Source: a virus (taxonomy: Duplodnaviria > Heunggongvirae > Uroviricota > Caudoviricetes). From it: a stretch of 7,085 nucleotides of DNA. The notes below the pieces were generated by a model. It saw nothing but the letters and a program-made list of their open reading frames with translations, made no database searches and was not told the origin of the DNA. Shown piece by piece: positions 1 to 7,085 of the stretch. The translations under genes were made by a program, and so were the position numbers. How positions within the stretch are numbered: the first letter of the stretch is position 1; each line of letters begins with the position of its first letter. Location of the stretch: IMG/VR virus record IMGVR_UViG_2711768059_000002; one strand, 5' to 3'.

Positions 1-2325
1 ACTGTTCCCTGAATTATTTATATCCCTGACAACAATTTCACCAGAAGCGTTAGCGGCCCTTAGTTCAGTTTGATCGACAACCGGACCTCCTTCGGATTGT
101 AATCTTTGAGAAACAAATGTTCTGTTTGAAACGTCCGTACCATACGCGGTGAAAGATTGTGTTGCTTTAATCTGACCATTGTTTACAAATATAGGAATAG
201 TGACGGTAAAATTTTTGTCAAAACTCAGGCCATTTGTTAATGCAATCCTTTCTGACACCCCTTGTCTGAACGGAAGGTTGCTGTAGAAGCCATGTTCACC
301 GCCAGTGAAGTCAAGAACATTTTTAACAAAGTTCTTGTCGTTATCCTCCGTTGACGTTGATACACCAAACTTATATCTAACCCCGTTGTCACCAATTACG
401 TAGTCTTCTGTTGGAACCTTAACTTTCGCCTTGTAGCCAGTTTGCACAACGACAGGAAAAGCGCTTTTATGGATGTAGAAAGCTACATGCTGCGCATAAT
501 CTCTTTGCGACGCTTTAATGCAAAGTATCCCGAGTTCATTTTTTTCATAGCAAACAAATGACCCGTAAGCCACATCGCGAACGTCACTCCAGCCACCACA
601 TCGAATGAACCCAAAAAATGAGTTACTATTAAGCGGATTTGATGCCGGACCTCCTGCTGTTTTTATTTCAACAGGACATAACATAGCACCGCTCCCATTC
701 ATTGCGGATGTGTCTATTATGACAGGGTAGTATTTGCCATCCACTGCACCACCAGGGGCATTAAGGGTCATCGCTTTTGTTAATCCACCCTCAGGGATTT
801 GCAAATTAGTTTTGGCGTCATCAAGGCTATTTGCGCCAGTGCCACCATGAGAAACATCAAGCGGTATCCATTTTTTTTGTGTGTCGCTGTAACACCCCCA
901 TGTTGATCCGGTTAAACCCAGGCGCATGGATTTATCATGGTTATATAACCATGTTTCGCTATTCCATTGGTCAAGACGGTCCACTTCATTTTTGCGAGCG
1001 TGGCGTGTCCATTGCGGGCCTGTTGTCGGATTCCAGCGATAAGTATAAAGCGAGCGCGTAGCCCATCCCTGAAATACACCTGTATACGCTGGAGTTCCAT
1101 CTACCTGACTAATAAACCCCGTAAGACTGCTTTCACCGGATGCAATCGATGGAAAGCCTTTTGCATTACTCATAATGCGCATAAATCCGATATACCCTGA
1201 TGGGTTGCCGGAAATATCAGGACAATCACGCGGGGCTGAGCCAAGACCGATATTATCGCCAACAATTACTTGCGCCTGGTTGCGATAATTAAGTGCGTCC
1301 GCCGCAGATTTCGCCGCGTTTGTTTCACTGGATTTAGCATTAGTTTCGCTGGCTTTAGCGTTTGTTTCGCTGCTCTTTGCTGCTGCCTCGCTATTTTTCG
1401 CGTTGGTTTCTGATTTTTTGGCTGCTGTCGCGGAGTTTGCCGATGCAGTTTGTGAGTCTGCTGCCGCCTGTGCGCTGTTATCCGCATTCGTCTCAGACGT
1501 TTTTGCGGCCTTCGCGGAATTTCCTGCCGCCGTTGCCGAGGAAGCTGCACTACTGGCACTTGATGATGCGTTCGTTTCTGATGATTTTGCCGCCTCTTTT
1601 GAGGCCGCCGCATCCCTGGCTGAGGTGGCAGCTTCTGACGCTTTCGTGGTCGCGGTGGATGCAGAAGTGGCGGCTGATTGTTCTGACGCTGCCGCATTCG
1701 TTTCTGACGTTTTCGCCGCACCGGCACTGGTAGCCGCCGCGCTTTTTGAGGACTCTGCAGCGGCAGCACTTTTTGAGGCTTCAGTGGCCTTTGTTGATGC
1801 CGTTCCTGCGCTGGAAGACGCTGACTGAGCCGACGACGCGGCCTGCCCGGCTGATGTGCTGGCTGCACGTGCTGAGCCTGTAGCATCAGTCGCATGGGTT
1901 GCCGCCTCACGGGCTGATGTGCCGGCATCGCTGGCTGACTTCTTCGCGGCTGCCGTGTCCTGTGCCACTGCGGACGCGTTACGCGCCACCTCTTCCACCA
2001 TCAGTTCAAAGCGGCGCAGTGCCTCCGGACGGGCATCATCCTCCGTCATGGCACCGAGAAAATCATTCAGCGTACCCGGTTGTGAGTCTTCATACACGGT
2101 GATGGTCCCGGCATGCGATGGCGGGAAGCCTTCCACCAACAGAATAACGCTGTACTGACCGTACTCAACGTCCATGCTGTAACGCCCTGCTTCATCCGGA
2201 TTTTCAGATGCCACCGTGTTCACCACCACCGTGGTGCTGTTACGTTTTGCTTTCAGCTGGATTGTGCAGTTCTGTACCGGTTTACCTGCACCGTCTTTCA
2301 GTACACCTGAAATCTTTACTGCCAT
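1..2325 (-). CDS. stf: Side tail fibre protein (lambda Stf-like), N-terminal 775 codons; the C-terminus and stop codon lie beyond the window start
   Basis: Hand translation of the minus strand from ATG at 2325..2323 gives MAVKISGVLKDGAGKPVQNCTIQLKAKRNSTTVVVNTVASENPDEAGRYSMDVEYGQYSVILLVEGFPPSHAGTITVYEDSQPGTLNDFLGAMTEDDARPEALRRFELMVEEVARNAS..., which matches the lambda Stf N-terminus as I remember it. The frame stays open for all 775 codons to position 1; I spot-checked codon by codon at 1..240, 790..900 and 1201..1320, and residue numbering stayed consistent (V355 at 1261..1263). A GGGGTG Shine-Dalgarno-like motif sits 3-5 nt upstream of the ATG (plus 2329..2334). Not in the ORF track because no stop is in the window. 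An Ala/Ser/Thr-rich shaft follows the N-terminal domain, then a different, lower-GC distal region. Confidence 0.9.
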   Translation of the reverse strand, partial: MAVKISGVLKDGAGKPVQNCTIQLKAKRNSTTVVVNTVASENPDEAGRYSMDVEYGQYSVILLVEGFPPSHAGTITVYEDSQPGTLNDFLGAMTEDDARPEALRRFELMVEEVARNASAVAQDTAAAKKSASDAGTSAREAATHATDATGSARAASTSAGQAASSAQSASSSAGTASTKATEASKSAAAAESSKSAAATSAGAAKTSETNAAASEQSAATSASTATTKASEAATSARDAAASKEAAKSSETNASSSASSAASSATAAGNSAKAAKTSETNADNSAQAAADSQTASANSATAAKKSETNAKNSEAAAKSSETNAKASETNAKSSETNAAKSAADALNYRNQAQVIVGDNIGLGSAPRDCPDISGNPSGYIGFMRIMSNAKGFPSIASGESSLTGFISQVDGTPAYTGVFQGWATRSLYTYRWNPTTGPQWTRHARKNEVDRLDQWNSETWLYNHDKSMRLGLTGSTWGCYSDTQKKWIPLDVSHGGTGANSLDDAKTNLQIPEGGLTKAMTLNAPGGAVDGKYYPVIIDTSAMNGSGAMLCPVEIKTAGGPASNPLNSNSFFGFIRCGGWSDVRDVAYGSFVCYEKNELGILCIKASQRDYAQHVAFYIHKSAFPVVVQTGYKAKVKVPTEDYVIGDNGVRYKFGVSTSTEDNDKNFVKNVLDFTGGEHGFYSNLPFRQGVSERIALTNGLSFDKNFTVTIPIFVNNGQIKATQSFTAYGTDVSNRTFVSQRLQSEGGPVVDQTELRAANASGEIVVRDINNSGNS
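1297..1965 (-). repeat. Low-complexity Ala/Ser/Thr-rich coding repeat region of the Stf shaft (about aa 121-343), including five tandem 21-nt heptad units at 1309..1413
   Basis: Hand translation shows repeated K-x-SETNA motifs (KTSETNAAAS, KSSETNASSS, KTSETNADNS) and, at aa 305-339, five consecutive heptads SETNAKN / SEAAAKS / SETNAKA / SETNAKS / SETNAAK. These correspond to imperfect 21-nt tandem copies such as AGCGAAACAAACGCTAAAGCC on the minus strand. The Ala-rich plus-strand ORF 1403..1828 and the Arg/Gln/Pro-rich minus ORF 1266..1928 in the track are alternative-frame readings of this same repeat. Confidence 0.7.
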
Positions 2326-2334
2326 ATTCACCCC

Positions 2335-2363
2335 ACAAAAAAGCCCGCCTGAACCGGCGGGCT
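2335..2363 (-). terminator. Putative Rho-independent terminator downstream of lom (minus-strand orientation)
   Basis: Plus 2342..2349 (agcccgcc) pairs with 2356..2363 (ggcgggct), giving an 8-bp GC-rich stem with a 6-nt loop (2350..2355). On the minus-strand transcript the hairpin is followed by a U-tract (plus a-run 2337..2342, read as UUUUUUG). It lies between the lom stop (2390..2392) and the stf start (2325). The plus-strand orientation has no U-tract. Confidence 0.6.
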
Positions 2364-2389
2364 GTCATAACACTGTGTTACCTGGCTAA

Positions 2390-2989
2390 TCAGAACTTAT
2401 AACCGACACCCACGATGAAACCGTCAGTGCGCCAATCGCCACTGCCGGAGCCTTCATAAACAATATCAATGGCCACGGATTCGGTCGGGTTAAACTGCAC
2501 GCCAGCCCCCCACGCCAGAGACGTGTTGCTGCGGCGACCGTCATCACTTCCGGTCAGCACTTCGTGCGTTTTCCCCTTGTTGTCAGTTACGCGGAGATAA
2601 TCCCCGGAGAAAGTCGAAATACGGCTGTAAGCCACACCCGCCATCGCATACGCGCTGAACCATTCATTCACGCGCACAGACGGCCCCGCCATCACGCTGA
2701 ACCAGCGGTTACGCACGGAATCTTCATGCCAGCGGGTATCGCTGTAATGAGTCAGCTGGCGATTCTTGTCTTCTGCATAGCTGAATGACGTCACCATCCC
2801 CAGCGTGTCCGTAAACTCATAACGGTATTTCACGTTAATCCCGTTAAGATCATCGCTGCCGGGAACGTTCGTCGAGGCATGAAGATACCCCGCGCTCAGC
2901 GTGGACTGATGTTCAGACGCCCATGCAGGCGCACCGGATACGGCCAGACAGATGGCTGCGGACAAAATGGCGGCATAAAGTTTACGCAT
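2390..2989 (-). CDS. lom: Outer membrane protein Lom (Ail/Lom/PagC/OmpX family eight-stranded beta-barrel), 199 aa
   Basis: ORF track 2390..2989 on the minus strand. N-terminal signal peptide MRKLYAAILSAAICLAVSGAPAWA with an AxA cleavage motif; C-terminus ends in the aromatic YKF typical of outer-membrane beta-barrels. The sequence matches lambda Lom as I remember it. ATG at 2989..2987 is preceded by GAGAGG (plus 2995..3000), 5 nt upstream. An in-frame TAA further upstream rules out a longer N-terminus. Position immediately after J is the canonical lambda location. Confidence 0.93.
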   Translation of the reverse strand: MRKLYAAILSAAICLAVSGAPAWASEHQSTLSAGYLHASTNVPGSDDLNGINVKYRYEFTDTLGMVTSFSYAEDKNRQLTHYSDTRWHEDSVRNRWFSVMAGPSVRVNEWFSAYAMAGVAYSRISTFSGDYLRVTDNKGKTHEVLTGSDDGRRSNTSLAWGAGVQFNPTESVAIDIVYEGSGSGDWRTDGFIVGVGYKF

Positions 2990-3010
2990 AATTACCTCTC
3001 GCTTTTCTGC

Positions 3011-3037
3011 AATAAAAAAGGCGTCATTTCTGACGCC
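3011..3037 (-). terminator. Putative Rho-independent terminator downstream of J (minus-strand orientation)
   Basis: Plus 3020..3026 (ggcgtca) pairs perfectly with 3031..3037 (tgacgcc), a 7-bp stem with a 4-nt loop that reads GAAA on the minus strand. On the minus-strand transcript it is followed directly by UUUUUUAUU (plus a-run 3014..3019). It lies between the J stop (3056..3058) and the lom RBS. Confidence 0.6.
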
Positions 3038-3055
3038 CGTTATGGGTTATAAAAT

Positions 3056-6457
<3,402 letters not shown>

Positions 6458-6476
6458 TCATGCTCCATAAACGATA

Positions 6477-6496
6477 AAACCGCCCGGAGGCGGTTT
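6477..6496 (-). other. Intergenic stem-loop between I and J; possible mRNA structural or weak attenuator element
   Basis: Plus 6477..6484 (aaaccgcc) pairs perfectly with 6489..6496 (ggcggttt), an 8-bp stem with loop cgga. On the minus strand it sits between the I stop and the J RBS, followed by UAUCGUUUAU. The U-run is short and partly inside the stem, so this is not a convincing terminator. Confidence 0.3.
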
Positions 6497-6514
6497 CACA
6501 TAAAACATTTTGCA

Positions 6515-7085
6515 TCAGCGACCAATCACCACAACCTGACCACCGTCCCCTTCGTCTGCCGTGCTGATCTCCTGAGAAACCACGCGTGACCCCACGCGCA
6601 TTTCCCCGTACAGAACAGGCAGAACATTGCCCTGGGCAACCATGTTATCCAGTGACGAGAAATAGGTGTTCTGTTTGCCGTTATCTGTACTTGCTGCCGT
6701 GGGCGTCCTGGCTTTCGGTGCCAGCATCTGCGCCACTCCGCCCAGGATCATACTGGCCCCTGCCGCATACATGCCCGATACAGCCGCGGCACCCAGCCAG
6801 CCCACAGGGTTCCACCATGCCACCGCAATCAGCGCCGCCCCCAGCACCACCTGAAACACACCGCCACTTTTAGCTCCCGCCAGACGCGGCACGATGTGGA
6901 TCACGGCACCATTTGCCAGCGGCTCATTAAGACGGGCAGACAATTCGGTTTCACCTGCATCACGCCCGGCAATGCGTACCTGGTACCAGCCGTCGCTCAG
7001 TTTCTGACGAAACGCCGGGTTCTGCATGGCCAGCGCCCGGATGGCTTCGGACCCCGTTTTCACTCGAAGGTCGATGCGGCGGCCA
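6515..7085 (-). CDS. I: Tail assembly protein I, C-terminal portion; the 5' end lies beyond the window end
   Basis: ORF track 6515..7063 on the minus strand. The M shown at 7063 is a GTG codon that is internal Val; the frame stays open to the window edge and translates as ...GRRIDLRVKTGSEAIRALAMQNPAFRQKLSDGWYQVRIAGRD...SQEISTADEGDGGQVVVIGR. This matches the C-terminal part of lambda gpI as I remember it, and the position immediately upstream of J fits. Confidence 0.88.
   Translation of the reverse strand, partial: GRRIDLRVKTGSEAIRALAMQNPAFRQKLSDGWYQVRIAGRDAGETELSARLNEPLANGAVIHIVPRLAGAKSGGVFQVVLGAALIAVAWWNPVGWLGAAAVSGMYAAGASMILGGVAQMLAPKARTPTAASTDNGKQNTYFSSLDNMVAQGNVLPVLYGEMRVGSRVVSQEISTADEGDGGQVVVIGR

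Noticed and set aside
831-1200. Short ORFs (831..1061 +, 912..1100 -, 967..1200 +) in the distal stf region
   Set aside because: All overlap the continuous stf frame in other frames or on the other strand. They are 62-77 aa, and at least one start is a non-ATG codon shown as M by the ORF finder.
1309-1413. Possible CRISPR array or non-coding tandem repeat
   Set aside because: The 21-nt units are contiguous with no spacers, stay in frame within stf and encode the heptad SETNAKx. They are a coding repeat.
1403-1828. 141-aa Ala-rich plus-strand ORF
   Set aside because: It is the antisense reading of the stf Ala/Ser repeat region (GCN codons give GCN-rich antisense codons). No independent start or RBS context.
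1266-1928. 220-aa minus-strand ORF, Arg/Gln/Pro-rich
   Set aside because: It is an alternative frame on the same strand through the Ala/Ser repeat region of stf. The stf frame is continuous for 775 codons and matches lambda Stf; this frame is a compositional artefact.
2335-3037. The two lom-flanking hairpins read as plus-strand terminators
   Set aside because: On the plus strand neither hairpin is followed by a T-tract (gtcataac and cgttatggg follow instead). The U-tracts appear only in the minus orientation, matching the direction of all genes.
3046-3051. TATAAC -10-like hexamer on the minus strand just after the J stop, as a candidate lom promoter
   Set aside because: The best -35 candidates at 17-18 bp spacing (AGGTAT, CAGGTA) are poor matches to TTGACA. 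A transcript starting here would also run straight into the terminator hairpin at 3011..3037. Not supportable from sequence alone.
6586-6873. Plus-strand ORFs (95 aa and 62 aa) within gene I
   Set aside because: They are antisense to the I reading frame, Pro/Ala-rich and compositionally driven, with no RBS.

Overview
The whole window is the tail-tip and tail-fibre module of a lambda-like (lambdoid) prophage, with every gene on the minus strand. Reading in the direction of transcription (high to low coordinate): the 3' part of tail assembly gene I (6515..7085, start lies beyond the window end), the complete J gene for the central tail fibre / host specificity protein (3056..6454, 1132 aa), the complete lom outer-membrane protein gene (2390..2989, 199 aa), and the first 775 codons of a side tail fibre gene stf (1..2325, runs off the window start). 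The stf frame is absent from the supplied ORF track because its stop is outside the window; I recovered it by hand translation. The three intergenic gaps are only 60-66 nt, and each holds a minus-strand hairpin; two are followed by a U-tract and look like intrinsic terminators, bracketing lom as a moron-like cassette. I do not see a novel or undescribed system here: no coding space is left unassigned. The points worth a second look are ordinary phage mosaicism. Both host-range determinants (the last ~180 codons of J and the distal part of Stf) have visibly lower GC than the rest of the module and, from my memory of phage lambda, differ from the lambda sequences there. Identity calls rest on my recollection of lambda proteins, not on a database search.
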